Positions 1 to 9,638 are shown, numbered from the stretch's first letter. The stretch is DNA of 64,000 bases from Candidatus Woesearchaeota archaeon (GCA_046704725.1 JBJKRI010000006.1:96001-160000); one strand, 5' to 3'. Translations and numbers: made by a program. The notes: generated by a model not told the origin, from the sequence alone.

Positions 1-327
1 GATGCTGGCGTTCGCGAGGACGTGCGCACCGCCCAGGCTCACGTTCGCGAGCAGGGCGTACGTGCCTTCGAGCGGGAGGTATATCGTTCCCTGGTAGTCC
101 CCGCCGGCGCTCGCCGTGAGCGGGACGCCCGTGATGCTGCTATCCGGCCAGGTGACGGTGAGCTCTGTTGGCACGCTGATGACGCGCACGCCATTGATGT
201 CGGTGTGCACGCTCACCGGGACGGTCGCTCCGGGGATGGCATTGTGCGTGACGTTGAGTGTGACCGTCGCGTTGGGTACGGCGGCGATGAGCGGCAGCAA
301 TACGAGGAGGAGGTAGAGGCGCTTCAT
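1..327 (-). CDS. Secreted/surface protein, partial (runs off the window start)
   Basis: Manual translation from ATG at 327: MKRLYLLLVLLPLIAAVPNATVTLNVTHN..., a signal peptide plus NxT/S sequons. Overlaps the stop of the upstream recombinase-like gene (ATGA). Confidence 0.7.
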   Translation of the reverse strand, partial: MKRLYLLLVLLPLIAAVPNATVTLNVTHNAIPGATVPVSVHTDINGVRVISVPTELTVTWPDSSITGVPLTASAGGDYQGTIYLPLEGTYALLANVSLGGAHVLANASI

Positions 328-827
328 CGGAGCATCCTCCGGTACGCGTCCTGCGTGCCTTGCGTGACGTCGTCGGCGATCTGCGCGAGCCGCAGCTCTC
401 CCAGGCCGGTCTGCGCCCGGATGGCCGGGAGGGGGACGTGCTGTTCGAGGGCGTGCGCGATGTGCGTGTAGCGCAGTATCTGTGGGGTGGCGTGCTCGAG
501 GGTGCCGTCGACTCGCAGCAGGTATTTCTTGACGATCTGCTGGACGCGCTTGGGCACCATCTGGGGGGTCTGGCGCGAGGGAAACGCGTAGGCGCTGTCG
601 TGGCTGCGGAAGTAGTCCTTGAGGTTGCGCGTGAGCTCCTCGCTCACGATGCAGTGGCGTCCGCCGACGACGATGCTGCCTTGTTGGACGTCTTTCTTGC
701 GTATGGCGACGAGTTCGGAGACGGTGCAGCCGGTCTGGTACTGCACCTCGATCATGAGGGCGTCTCGGGGGGCTCTCGCTAGCTTGCGGAGTCGTTGGAG
801 CTGTTCATGCGAAAGGTGCTCGACCAC
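324..827 (-). CDS. Tyrosine recombinase (Xer-like) catalytic-domain protein with degenerate active site
   Basis: Box I-like QTGCTVSELVAIRKKDV and Box II-like TPQILRYTHIAHALE; catalytic Arg, two His and Tyr are substituted. Confidence 0.8.
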   Translation of the reverse strand: MVEHLSHEQLQRLRKLARAPRDALMIEVQYQTGCTVSELVAIRKKDVQQGSIVVGGRHCIVSEELTRNLKDYFRSHDSAYAFPSRQTPQMVPKRVQQIVKKYLLRVDGTLEHATPQILRYTHIAHALEQHVPLPAIRAQTGLGELRLAQIADDVTQGTQDAYRRMLR

Positions 828-898
828 TACCAGTTTCCCTTTCCTAAAATCCTGAGAAACTCCTATTTAACGCTACCGGCACTACGCAGAAATGGTCT

Positions 899-1819
899 TT
901 ACGGATAGACGCTCATCCGGGTCTTGTAGATGACCTCGGGGACCCGCTCGAGCACGAAGGTGCTGCGGCCGTCCTGCGGGAAGATCTTGATCTCGAACTC
1001 GTCGTTCTCGTGCAGGACGTGGGATTGCTTGAGCTTGAAGTAGATGAAGACGGTCTCGCCGTACTCGAGCGCCGTGTCGGGCACGCCGGTGAGCGTGACG
1101 ATGCAATAGCTCGTCTCCGGACGGAGCTTGGCGAACGTGCACGGACCCTCTATCTGGTCGGTGATATGGATGGTGTTCGCGTCGAGCTGGTTGGCGGTGG
1201 TCGTGCCGTTGTCATCGATCTGGATGTATCCATAGACGGTGCCGTTGCCCCAGATGGGCAGGTCCTGGATATCGACCTTCGCGCCCGTGCTCGCGAGCGA
1301 CTTATTGAGGGGGATCTCGTCGGACAGGCCCGTCTCGCTCATGTTGACGATGAAATAGTAGGAGGAGCCGTTGTTGTAGAGCTGTATCTGGTCATTGATG
1401 CCGTCGCCGTCGAGGTCGCCGAACGGGATCCACCCGCTCGTGGTCGAGACGGGCACGCTGATGCTGAAGTTCTTGGTGACCGTCGCTGGATTCGATAACG
1501 ACGCGGAGTACGAGCCCGTGTCGGTGAAAAACGACAGGTACGTCGTCTTGAAGTTGATCGGGCCCGAAGCGGGCTCCGGACGCGTAAGGATCTGCACGTC
1601 ATTCGCCGTCTTCGCGCTGGTGTTCGCGTTCATGAAGACGTGCGTGATCTGCACCCCGTTGACGAGGCGGCTCTGGGACTGGGAGCCGACGATAAGCGCT
1701 TTCTGCTGCAACACGCCAGCGGTGCTGATGATGACGCCAGCGGCGACGGCGGCGACGAGAATGGTAGCGATAAAAATGATGAGGGTGCCAATACCCATTA
1801 TCGCTCTGCTGTTCATCAT
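899..1819 (-). CDS. Archaellin (ArlB/FlaB-type) with a large internal insertion
   Basis: Class III signal and hydrophobic helix SRA-IMGIGTLIIFIATILVAAVAAGVII, then LQQKAL; C-terminal LEYGE...EIKIFPQDG...VYP. Confidence 0.9.
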   Translation of the reverse strand: MMNSRAIMGIGTLIIFIATILVAAVAAGVIISTAGVLQQKALIVGSQSQSRLVNGVQITHVFMNANTSAKTANDVQILTRPEPASGPINFKTTYLSFFTDTGSYSASLSNPATVTKNFSISVPVSTTSGWIPFGDLDGDGINDQIQLYNNGSSYYFIVNMSETGLSDEIPLNKSLASTGAKVDIQDLPIWGNGTVYGYIQIDDNGTTTANQLDANTIHITDQIEGPCTFAKLRPETSYCIVTLTGVPDTALEYGETVFIYFKLKQSHVLHENDEFEIKIFPQDGRSTFVLERVPEVIYKTRMSVYP

Positions 1820-1862
1820 GGAGTCCCTACCATGGGATTGCTACTTCTTTTCCACCCGTGAC

Positions 1863-1871
1863 TTATATAAA
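1863..1871 (-). promoter_or_regulatory. TATA box of the archaellin promoter
   Basis: TTTATATAA on the minus strand preceded by purine-rich GAAACA (BRE-like), about 45 bp upstream of the ATG. Confidence 0.6.
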
Positions 1872-2059
1872 TGTTTCGTAGCGCCCGAAAACGCGGAAAA
1901 ACGCGTTTGGAGGCCGAGAAAGCGCGCGAGGCACGGGATGGACGGACGCGGAAAGAGCCTTCCGACACGCCGAAAAACCGTGGTCGTGCAACGACTGCCG
2001 CACCCGAAACCCCATCTCCCATGGCCCGAGTCCGGAAAGACGAGGTAATAAATGTTTGG

Positions 2060-2467
2060 TCAGCCGACGGCTTTTCTCACGAGCGCGGCGATCCGCTTCT
2101 CCTCGGCCGCGCCGAGCTTTTCCAGGGCGAAAGCGGTCGGCCACATGTCGCCATCATCGAGCGTGGCCTTGTCGTTGAAACCGAGGGTCGCGTAGCGCGC
2201 CTTGAACTTGGCCCGGTCCTGGAAGAAGCACAAGACGTTGCCGTCCTTGGAGTACGCGGGCATGCCGTACCAGGTCCTCGGCACGAGCGACGGCGCATTG
2301 GACATGACGATCTCGTGTATCCTCTTGGCCATGGAACGGTCCGGCTCTGCCATCTTCGCGATCTTCTGAAGCACCGCGGCCTCGCCCTCCGTCTTCTCCT
2401 TCAGCTCCTTGACGCGCTCGCGCATCGCTGCGCGCTCCTCCTTGGTGAAACCCTCGCTCTTGGCCAT
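2060..2467 (-). CDS. DUF1801/YdhG-like protein
   Basis: [14 protein letters not shown]...[19 protein letters not shown] motifs. Confidence 0.8.
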   Translation of the reverse strand: MAKSEGFTKEERAAMRERVKELKEKTEGEAAVLQKIAKMAEPDRSMAKRIHEIVMSNAPSLVPRTWYGMPAYSKDGNVLCFFQDRAKFKARYATLGFNDKATLDDGDMWPTAFALEKLGAAEEKRIAALVRKAVG

Positions 2468-2543
2468 GCTGCGGGCGTGGGAAAGCAGGTATTTAAGCGA
2501 TGCGTGCGGGCAGATTTAAGAGTGGCGGGGGGTTCCGGGAAGC

Positions 2544-3500
2544 ATGAGCTGGCAGGAGCAACCGTCACGCGAGCACGCCTTCTCCGTCAAGGAATCGTTC
2601 GCCGCCCACTACAAGGAATTGCTGGGGGATGGGTACGGGGATTTCATCTCATGTAGCATGCGCTACCTGCGGCGGGCGATACGCGTGAACACGCTCAAGG
2701 CATCTGTCAGTGCGGTACGCTCACGTCTGGAAAAAGCGGGCTGGGAATTGACGCCCGTGCCATGGTGCCCCGAGGCGTTCTGGATCAGCGGGGACCGATT
2801 GGACATCGGCAACCTGCTCGAGCACCAGCTCGGCTACGTCTACGTCCAAGACCCTGCGAGCATGCTGCCGCCCATCGTGCTTGCTCCGGAAGCCGGTGAG
2901 CGCGTACTCGACATGTGCGCGTCCCCCGGGAGCAAGACATCGCAGGCCGCGGCGATGATGAAAAACGAGGGCATCATCGTGGCCAACGACGTGCAAGGAT
3001 CGCGCCTCGCGCCATTAGGGATCAACCTGCAGCGGCTCGGCGTGGTGAACGCCGTCTTGACCAAGCGGGACGGACGCGGTTTCACGAAGATGGAGTTCGA
3101 CCGCATCATGGTGGACGCCCCCTGCAGCGGCACGGGGACGATCAGGCGCTCGCCGAAATCGATCACCATGTGGAACCCCAAACAGGTGGACAAGCTCGGA
3201 CGATTGCAGGAACAGCTCTTGGACGCGGCGTGGAAAGCGTTGAAGCACGGCGGCGTCATGACGTACAGCACCTGCACGCTCGAGCCGCGCGAGAACGAGG
3301 TCGTGCTCTCGCGCTTTCTCTCCGCGCATCCCGACGCGGCTTGCGTCCCGATCGAGCTGGACATCGACCGCGAGAAGAACTGGGAGACCGACCCGGAGAG
3401 CGGCGAAGCGTTGCATCCCGGCGTGAAGAACGCGCTTCGCATACACCCGACGACGAACGACACCGAAGGCTTCTTCGTCGCGCGCATCGAGAAAGAATAG
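2544..3500 (+). CDS. NOL1/NOP2/RsmB-family RNA m5C methyltransferase
   Basis: IRVNTLK, QDPASM, VLDMCASPGSKT, DAPCSG, YSTCT, GFFVA motifs. Confidence 0.95.
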   Translation: MSWQEQPSREHAFSVKESFAAHYKELLGDGYGDFISCSMRYLRRAIRVNTLKASVSAVRSRLEKAGWELTPVPWCPEAFWISGDRLDIGNLLEHQLGYVYVQDPASMLPPIVLAPEAGERVLDMCASPGSKTSQAAAMMKNEGIIVANDVQGSRLAPLGINLQRLGVVNAVLTKRDGRGFTKMEFDRIMVDAPCSGTGTIRRSPKSITMWNPKQVDKLGRLQEQLLDAAWKALKHGGVMTYSTCTLEPRENEVVLSRFLSAHPDAACVPIELDIDREKNWETDPESGEALHPGVKNALRIHPTTNDTEGFFVARIEKE

Positions 3501-3548
3501 ACGACGGGACCACGCATGTTTATATAGGCGTTTTTTGCGTGGAACACC

Positions 3549-6209
3549 ATGCGAGGTGAGCCGTTCTATCAGCAGAAGATAGAAACGGTCCTCGCGCACT
3601 TCGGCACGGACGCCGACACGGGGCTCGATGAGAAGGGAGCGGCGGAGCTGCTGCGCATCCACGGGCCGAACACGATCGTCGAGCAGGAGAAAGAAGCGTG
3701 GTGGCGCATTCTCGCGCAACAGTTCTCGGGCATCCTCATCTACATCCTGATCGCCGCCGCACTGATATCAGGGTTGTTCGGGGAATGGGTGGATACCGGA
3801 GCGATCCTCGTCATCCTCATCGTCAACGGCATCATCGGCTACTGGCAGGAGCGCAAGGCGCAGGACAGCATCGAGGCGCTCAAGAAACTCGCGAGCAACA
3901 AGGCGACGGTGGTGCGCGGGGGAAAGACCGTACAGGTCGACGCCTCCGCATTGGTGCCGGGAGACCTGTTGCTGCTGGAGACCGGGGACCGGATACCGGC
4001 GGACGCGCGCATCGTCGAAGCGCACAGCCTGCAATTGCTCGAAGGCACCTTGACCGGCGAGAGCGCGCCCGTGAGCAAGAACGCCGAGACGATCGAGGGA
4101 GAGGCGTCGCTCGCCGAACGGACCGACATGGTCTACTCGGGGACGATCGTCACGAAAGGACGCGGAAGAGCGGTCATCACCGGGACGGGCATGAAGACGG
4201 AGATCGGGCGCATCGCGAACCTCATCCAGGAGACGAAGATCGAGCAGACGCCACTGCAGCGAGACCTGGATGTATTAGGCGGGAAGCTCGGCAAGCTCAT
4301 CCTCGGCATCTGCGCGGCCATCTTCGTCATCATCGTGGTATCGGACGGCGCGTTCACGCTTCGCGCCTTGCAGCCGCCGTTCATGCTCGCTGTTTCGCTC
4401 GCTGTGGCAGCGATACCCGAGGGACTGCCGATCGTCGTGACCATCGCGCTCGCGTTCGGCACGAAACGCATGGTTCGCAAGAACGCGCTCATCAAGCGCC
4501 TGGCGAGCGTGGAGACGCTCGGCAGCACGGACGTCATCTGCACGGACAAGACCGGGACCTTGACGAAGAACGAGATGACCGTCACACGCATCTGGCACGG
4601 GGGCAACACGATACCCGTGACGGGCACGGGCTACGGGCCCGACGGGGAGATCAAGGGCTTTTTGCCGCGTGTCGCCTTCGAGATATCGGCGTTGTGCAAC
4701 GACGCCAAGCTCACGCACTCGGACGAGGGATACGGCGTGATCGGCGACCCGACCGAAGGATGCTTGTTGACATTGTGCCGGAAGGCGAGCCTGGGCGAGG
4801 AGGAGCTGCGCGAGCGGCATAGACGGGCGGGGGAAGTGCCGTTCTCGAGCGAGCGAAAACGCATGAGCACGGTCAACGACTTCGACGGGAACCGATTGTT
4901 GCTGACGAAGGGAGCGCCGGACGTGGTGCTCGAGCACTGCACGCGCATACTCGACGGGGAGAACGAACGCGCGATAACCGACGCGGACAAGGCGGCGATA
5001 GTATCGGCGAACGAGGCCTTCGCCAAGGACGCATTGCGGGTATTGGCGCTCGCGTTCCGCTCGGTGCCCATCAAGCCCGACTACGATGAGAAGGACGAGA
5101 ACGGCTTGTGCTTCGTGTGCCTGACGGGCATGATCGACCCGCCGCGTCCGGAGGCGATCAGCGCGGTGCAGAAATGCAAGGACGCGGGCATCCGGGTTGT
5201 GATGATCACAGGAGACCACCAGGGGACGGCCGTCGCCATCGCCAAGGAGCTCGGCATCGAGGGACGGGCGGTGAACGGACAAGAGCTCGACGACATCGAC
5301 CTGGACAAGGAGGTGGAAGGCATCGGGGTGTACGCGCGCGTGAACCCCGAGCACAAGATGCGCATCGTGGACGCGCTGAAAAAGCGCGGGCACATCGTGG
5401 CCATGACGGGCGACGGCGTGAACGACGCCCCCGCGTTGAAACGCGCGGACATCGGCGTGGCCATGGGCATCACGGGAACGGACGTGGCGAAAGAGAGCGC
5501 CTCGATGATCCTCACCGACGATAACTTCACGAGCGTGGTCGCCGCCGTGGAAGAGGGCAGGAACATCTACGCGAACATCAAGAAGTTCGTGAACTATCTT
5601 CTGAGCAGCAACTTCGGAGAAGTGCTCGCGATATTCCTGGCCATCATGCTGTTCCGGCATGACGGCGAGGTCGTGTGGCCATTGACGGCCACGATGATAC
5701 TCTTGATGAACCTCGTGACGGACTCGCTTCCGGCACTCGCCCTGGGCGTGGACCCCGGCGATCCGAAAGCCATGACGCGGCCGCCGCGAGACCCGAAGAT
5801 ACGTATCATCAACCTCAACATGGGGACGAACATCGCGCTCATCGGCGTGCTCGTCGCCGGAGCGACGCTCTTCATGTTCAACTGGTCCTTGCAGCGCACG
5901 GGAAGCCTCGCGCACGCGCAGACCATGGCGTTGACGACGATCGTGCTGCTTGAGATCGTGCGTATAGCGATGATACGCGCGCAGTACAAGACGCCCGCAT
6001 TCAGTAACAAGTATCTCTTGTACGCGATCGGGATCGTGCTCGCCATACAAGCATTGACCGTTTACACGCCGTTCATGAACTTCGTGTTCGGCACCGTGCC
6101 GTTGTCGCTGGCGGACCTCGGGCTCGTGGCGTTGACGTGCGCGGCGACCTATGTCGTGGGCATGGTCATCGGACTGGTCGTGCGGCGCGTGACCGGACAG
6201 CGGGACTGA
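3549..6209 (+). CDS. Cation-transporting P-type ATPase (type IIA, Ca2+-like)
   Basis: TGES, PEGL, DKTGTLT, KGAPD, MITGD, TGDGVNDAPAL motifs and multiple TM helices. Confidence 0.97.
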   Translation: MRGEPFYQQKIETVLAHFGTDADTGLDEKGAAELLRIHGPNTIVEQEKEAWWRILAQQFSGILIYILIAAALISGLFGEWVDTGAILVILIVNGIIGYWQERKAQDSIEALKKLASNKATVVRGGKTVQVDASALVPGDLLLLETGDRIPADARIVEAHSLQLLEGTLTGESAPVSKNAETIEGEASLAERTDMVYSGTIVTKGRGRAVITGTGMKTEIGRIANLIQETKIEQTPLQRDLDVLGGKLGKLILGICAAIFVIIVVSDGAFTLRALQPPFMLAVSLAVAAIPEGLPIVVTIALAFGTKRMVRKNALIKRLASVETLGSTDVICTDKTGTLTKNEMTVTRIWHGGNTIPVTGTGYGPDGEIKGFLPRVAFEISALCNDAKLTHSDEGYGVIGDPTEGCLLTLCRKASLGEEELRERHRRAGEVPFSSERKRMSTVNDFDGNRLLLTKGAPDVVLEHCTRILDGENERAITDADKAAIVSANEAFAKDALRVLALAFRSVPIKPDYDEKDENGLCFVCLTGMIDPPRPEAISAVQKCKDAGIRVVMITGDHQGTAVAIAKELGIEGRAVNGQELDDIDLDKEVEGIGVYARVNPEHKMRIVDALKKRGHIVAMTGDGVNDAPALKRADIGVAMGITGTDVAKESASMILTDDNFTSVVAAVEEGRNIYANIKKFVNYLLSSNFGEVLAIFLAIMLFRHDGEVVWPLTATMILLMNLVTDSLPALALGVDPGDPKAMTRPPRDPKIRIINLNMGTNIALIGVLVAGATLFMFNWSLQRTGSLAHAQTMALTTIVLLEIVRIAMIRAQYKTPAFSNKYLLYAIGIVLAIQALTVYTPFMNFVFGTVPLSLADLGLVALTCAATYVVGMVIGLVVRRVTGQRD

Positions 6210-6210
6210 A

Positions 6211-6477
6211 TCACGCCTTGTTCTGCGCCTCGATGCGCTTGTTCCCCTCGACGAAATAGTGCTTGGTCGCGAATTCCTTCAGGAGACGGGCACAGTTGCG
6301 CACATTGTCCTCCGGGCGCCGGTGGTATCGGGACAGATAACGGGCCATCGAGTTGTAGATGCCGCCCTCGTCGAGAACCGCATGGCACGGCATGGCGTCG
6401 AAGCGCACGACAGACTTATTGATGCTGATCGCGTAGGAGACGAGCCGCTCGCACCACTCCTTATCGGTCGGGGGCAT
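6211..6477 (-). CDS. Doc/Fic-family toxin, apparently C-terminally truncated
   Basis: Fic motif HYFVEGNKR with a stop only 7 residues later. Confidence 0.7.
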   Translation of the reverse strand: MPPTDKEWCERLVSYAISINKSVVRFDAMPCHAVLDEGGIYNSMARYLSRYHRRPEDNVRNCARLLKEFATKHYFVEGNKRIEAQNKA

Positions 6478-6481
6478 GCGC

Positions 6482-6589
6482 CTACAGCTTGGCGAGCTCT
6501 TCCATCAGCCGGCGGTTGCGCCTGATGAGCTTCTGGACCGCGTTGGAGACGCGGGTGGCACTGAGTTCGTGATCGAGCTCCGACGGCAT
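6482..6589 (-). CDS. Small putative antitoxin of the Doc module (35 aa)
   Basis: MPSELDHELSATRVSNAVQKLIRRNRRLMEELAKL, 4 bp upstream of the Doc gene; C-terminal helix resembles Doc-antitoxin tails. Confidence 0.55.
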   Translation of the reverse strand: MPSELDHELSATRVSNAVQKLIRRNRRLMEELAKL

Positions 6590-6715
6590 CCGGGTCTCCC
6601 GTCGAGAGCCGTTAATAAATCTTCTGTTGGTCATAGACAGCCTCCGCACCCAAGGATAGGAAGGCGAATGCACATAAAAGGCTTGCGCGAGAAAGTCCTG
6701 TGAGCGGGCGGGGAG

Positions 6716-6820
6716 TCAGCCGTAGCGCTCGACGACGCCCTCGGAGACGATCCCGACCGTGCCGTCGGTGACTTTCAAGGCGGACTGGTCGTCCAGGGCG
6801 TAGACGATGCCGGGGATGCG
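6716..6820 (-). pseudogene. C-terminal remnant of a peptidase S51 (peptidase E-like) gene
   Basis: Minus strand reads ...YALDDQSALKVTDGTVGIVSEGVVERYG-stop, resembling the YAIDDxxAIKVxxGxVxVxSEG tail of S51 proteins; upstream frame is not protein-like. Confidence 0.5.
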
Positions 6821-7062
6821 TTTGTGGCTTCCTTCAGGACGGCGTCGCGGGCCTTGGGGGAATGGGGGCTGTCGAGGTGGGGGCATGGAAATCGACGAGG
6901 GAGAGGCCTTCCCCCGGCTCCGCCTCGCTGTCGCCGTACAAGAGGGTGGAGACGGAAGGGACGGGGTGGTGAGGAGGAGACGCATGATACGCTGGGAGAA
7001 GAGAGGTATTGGGGAAAGCTTCAAGAACCTGCGCGAGGATACGCTCGCGGAGGGAAGGACAC

Positions 7063-7239
7063 GTGACGACATGGGAATATACGATGGTTGAAGGCGCATT
7101 CGATGCGATCAGGGAGAAGAACTCGTTGATATCCAAGCTGGACGCTGCAGGACAAGAAGGCTGGGAACTCGTCTGCACAGAGCGCAAAGCGGGTTCCATC
7201 GTCTTGATACAGGCGATACTGAAGAGGAAGAAGGAGTAG
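7063..7239 (+). CDS. DUF4177-like small protein
   Basis: GTG start; WEY...KLDAAGQEGWELV...LKRKK signature. Confidence 0.75.
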   Translation: MTTWEYTMVEGAFDAIREKNSLISKLDAAGQEGWELVCTERKAGSIVLIQAILKRKKE

Positions 7240-7373
7240 GGAAAGAGGAGTGAGGGGGCGAGCGGCAAAGCAGAGTCGACTCTATGCAAAGAAGTATACA
7301 GCCCAGATGATAGCCAATCCGACTATCCACACAGTGAAGTAAGCGGACCATAAAGGCAATTCAATGTATCGAG

Positions 7374-8102
7374 TCATATACGAACCACCTCCACATCAGG
7401 ATATTGACTCTTCAATGCATCCTTCCATTCAGAGTACATCCGAGGATGCGCTTGAACGCGGAAAAGAACCACGATCAGAAAATCGAAGTGCTTGGCGTAT
7501 CGCATTGCCTTATCAGCTATAGTCTGTAAATCCTTGCTAAGGGTTGGTCCCTTCACTTCAATAGCGATATCTTCAATCACAATGTCTGGTCGCGACCTTC
7601 CTCGTTGCACTTCAACTTTACTGTTGGGGAAATGCGTTCTGAGATAACCTTGTAGTTCTCCCTGATATCCTTCTTCGGTTTTCCAACGTCGGCTTGGTTC
7701 GAACTCCTTGATTGCCTTCAACACTCTTCGCGGCAAGGATCGCGCTTCGTCTTCGTCTTGCCATTGGGCAATCTGTGCTTTCGTTCCCCATCTTTCACCC
7801 ACGAACGGAGAGTTATACAGAGAAAGTCCTTTCTCCTTCATTTTCGTGACATATCGCTTTCGTTCCGCAGCTTCCTTCGCCGAGCGTTTCATCAATTCAG
7901 CACTCTCCCTCTCAGATCTCACATATTCAACGTGTTTACCATACACGAAAACCATGCAAATAGACCAAAAAATGGAAACAATTGTCGCAATCAACCACAT
8001 GTTGCGTGCAACCCACAAGAATACCTGTTTCAATATGTACCAGAGAAATGCAAGAATAAGTATCCCTGCAACGAGCAACCAAGAGTAGTTGTCATCAGGC
8101 AT
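7374..8102 (-). CDS. Membrane-anchored PD-(D/E)XK nuclease-like protein
   Basis: Two N-terminal TM helices; EEGYQGEL helix followed by RPDIVIEDIAIEVK; AT-rich. Confidence 0.75.
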   Translation of the reverse strand: MPDDNYSWLLVAGILILAFLWYILKQVFLWVARNMWLIATIVSIFWSICMVFVYGKHVEYVRSERESAELMKRSAKEAAERKRYVTKMKEKGLSLYNSPFVGERWGTKAQIAQWQDEDEARSLPRRVLKAIKEFEPSRRWKTEEGYQGELQGYLRTHFPNSKVEVQRGRSRPDIVIEDIAIEVKGPTLSKDLQTIADKAMRYAKHFDFLIVVLFRVQAHPRMYSEWKDALKSQYPDVEVVRI

Positions 8103-8198
8103 CTGTCGTTAGCAAAGCACTGCCTCGCTATTTCAATCTATCGCGTAATCTTCTAAACGGCCCAAATAACATTCTATAATCACTTCACACTGAGCGCA

Positions 8199-8735
8199 TC
8201 AATGCGCAAACATGAGACTATAATCGTCCCAGGGATTGTTCAACGTGCCGTTGGCCTTGTGGAGCCGATAGAGGAACTTGAGATACTTCGAGAGGACGTG
8301 CTTTCGCGGCAGGTCCTCCCGGCCGAACTTCGATTCCCACCATTCGAAGAGCTCCCTGTTTCCCTTTGAGGAGTTGCAGGACTTGCAGCAGAGGACGAGA
8401 TTGTGGCCCTTGTCGGACATGAACTTCCCGATGATGCTCCGCGGGATGATGTGCTCATAGGTGAGGTCTTCAGTAGAGCCGCAATAGATGCATTCATGGT
8501 TATCGTTCTTGATGGCGATCTTCTCGTCCCGAAGATAGTCGCTCATGCTCTTCTTGCCGGAATCAAGTATCTTGTACTGGTGGACGATAAGGCCGAAATG
8601 CTTGTTGAGGACGCTGCGCTTGCTCGAATCCTCGCCTTTGGACCTGAGGATTGCACGGGCGATGACGGCGGCGTACTGGAAGAGGATCCAGTCCTTGACG
8701 GTCTTGATGCCGACGTACGGAGGTTTCTTCGCCAT
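8199..8735 (-). CDS. HNH endonuclease
   Basis: CIYCG...EHIIP...NLVLCCKSCNSSKG; start taken at MAKKPP. Confidence 0.88.
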   Translation of the reverse strand: MAKKPPYVGIKTVKDWILFQYAAVIARAILRSKGEDSSKRSVLNKHFGLIVHQYKILDSGKKSMSDYLRDEKIAIKNDNHECIYCGSTEDLTYEHIIPRSIIGKFMSDKGHNLVLCCKSCNSSKGNRELFEWWESKFGREDLPRKHVLSKYLKFLYRLHKANGTLNNPWDDYSLMFAH

Positions 8736-8889
8736 TTCGAACGGCCTGACAGTCGTCTTGGAACATCGTATATAACGATTCTGAAAGAATCGGGGAAGAA
8801 GTATAGAGAGTATATTGCGGAGAAATATAATCTCACCTTGATAACTATGAAACAACAATAGGCTCGAATAGCCCGTGACTAATTAGAAA

Positions 8890-9570
8890 ATGCTGTCACC
8901 AGATTTTACTGAAGACCTGTTAGCATTTGTCACGCTGTCTTCAATGACCAATACTTGTAATTATAGCAAGATGCCCAAATTCATCTCAAGGCAACAAGAG
9001 AGTAAGGTGGGTTGGGACGCTCAGCTAGGCCTGCTATTTTTTCAATTCAAACTAACCAAAGAACTGCTGCGGCGTCCATGCAAACAGTTGCGCACACCAT
9101 ACTTCAAAATAGACATCTACCCCAAGAATCGATTTCATCAACACAACATTCTTTGTAAATGGGCGCACAATTTCCCGTTCACATTCTATTGCACACTAGA
9201 AACGACAGAGTACCAACAACTAGACCGTTGGTATCACTTGAGGAGAATACTTCCACACACTGCGCTATTCAAGCCACTAGACATAGGAGCAATCTCAGGC
9301 ACTGGATCTCACAAAATTGTATACTCGCCAAATACTCCACACTGCGCATATTTCATGTCAGAACCGAAATCTCTTGAAAGGTACTCATTCGAATTCATAA
9401 TTAGGCAACCGCACATACAGAACACAGCGTTAAGCAGCGTGATAGACATTTTGAAAGAAATCGTTCCTAATTCTATACCGACAGACAATAAGCTAAGCTT
9501 TACAAGCGTAAGAGAGATTGTACGCAAGACCTTGGGTTTGGAGATGCTAGCAGTAGAAATCAAGAGATAA
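8890..9570 (+). CDS. Hypothetical protein, probable restriction-endonuclease-like fold
   Basis: QQESKVGWDAQLGLLFFQFK resembles an E..D..QxK catalytic arrangement; AT-rich. Confidence 0.55.
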   Translation: MLSPDFTEDLLAFVTLSSMTNTCNYSKMPKFISRQQESKVGWDAQLGLLFFQFKLTKELLRRPCKQLRTPYFKIDIYPKNRFHQHNILCKWAHNFPFTFYCTLETTEYQQLDRWYHLRRILPHTALFKPLDIGAISGTGSHKIVYSPNTPHCAYFMSEPKSLERYSFEFIIRQPHIQNTALSSVIDILKEIVPNSIPTDNKLSFTSVREIVRKTLGLEMLAVEIKR

Positions 9571-9638
9571 TCGCGCAAATAGTACAATATATACAAACAT
9601 TAAATAAGCAGAATTTCTCCGCCATTCACTTACAGAAA

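Noticed and set aside
324-827. Active integrase of a provirus or of the TA array
   Set aside because: Catalytic residues are missing, and no att sites or viral genes are nearby.
4275-6050. Long antisense and alternate-frame ORFs (also 25327-27534, 42710-44194, 20964-22580 and others)
   Set aside because: These are shadow ORFs of well-supported genes, expected with high GC3 codon usage.
6807-7091. 94-aa ORF in a purine-rich stretch
   Set aside because: No recognisable motif; it overlaps the better-supported DUF4177-like gene and probably represents degraded sequence.
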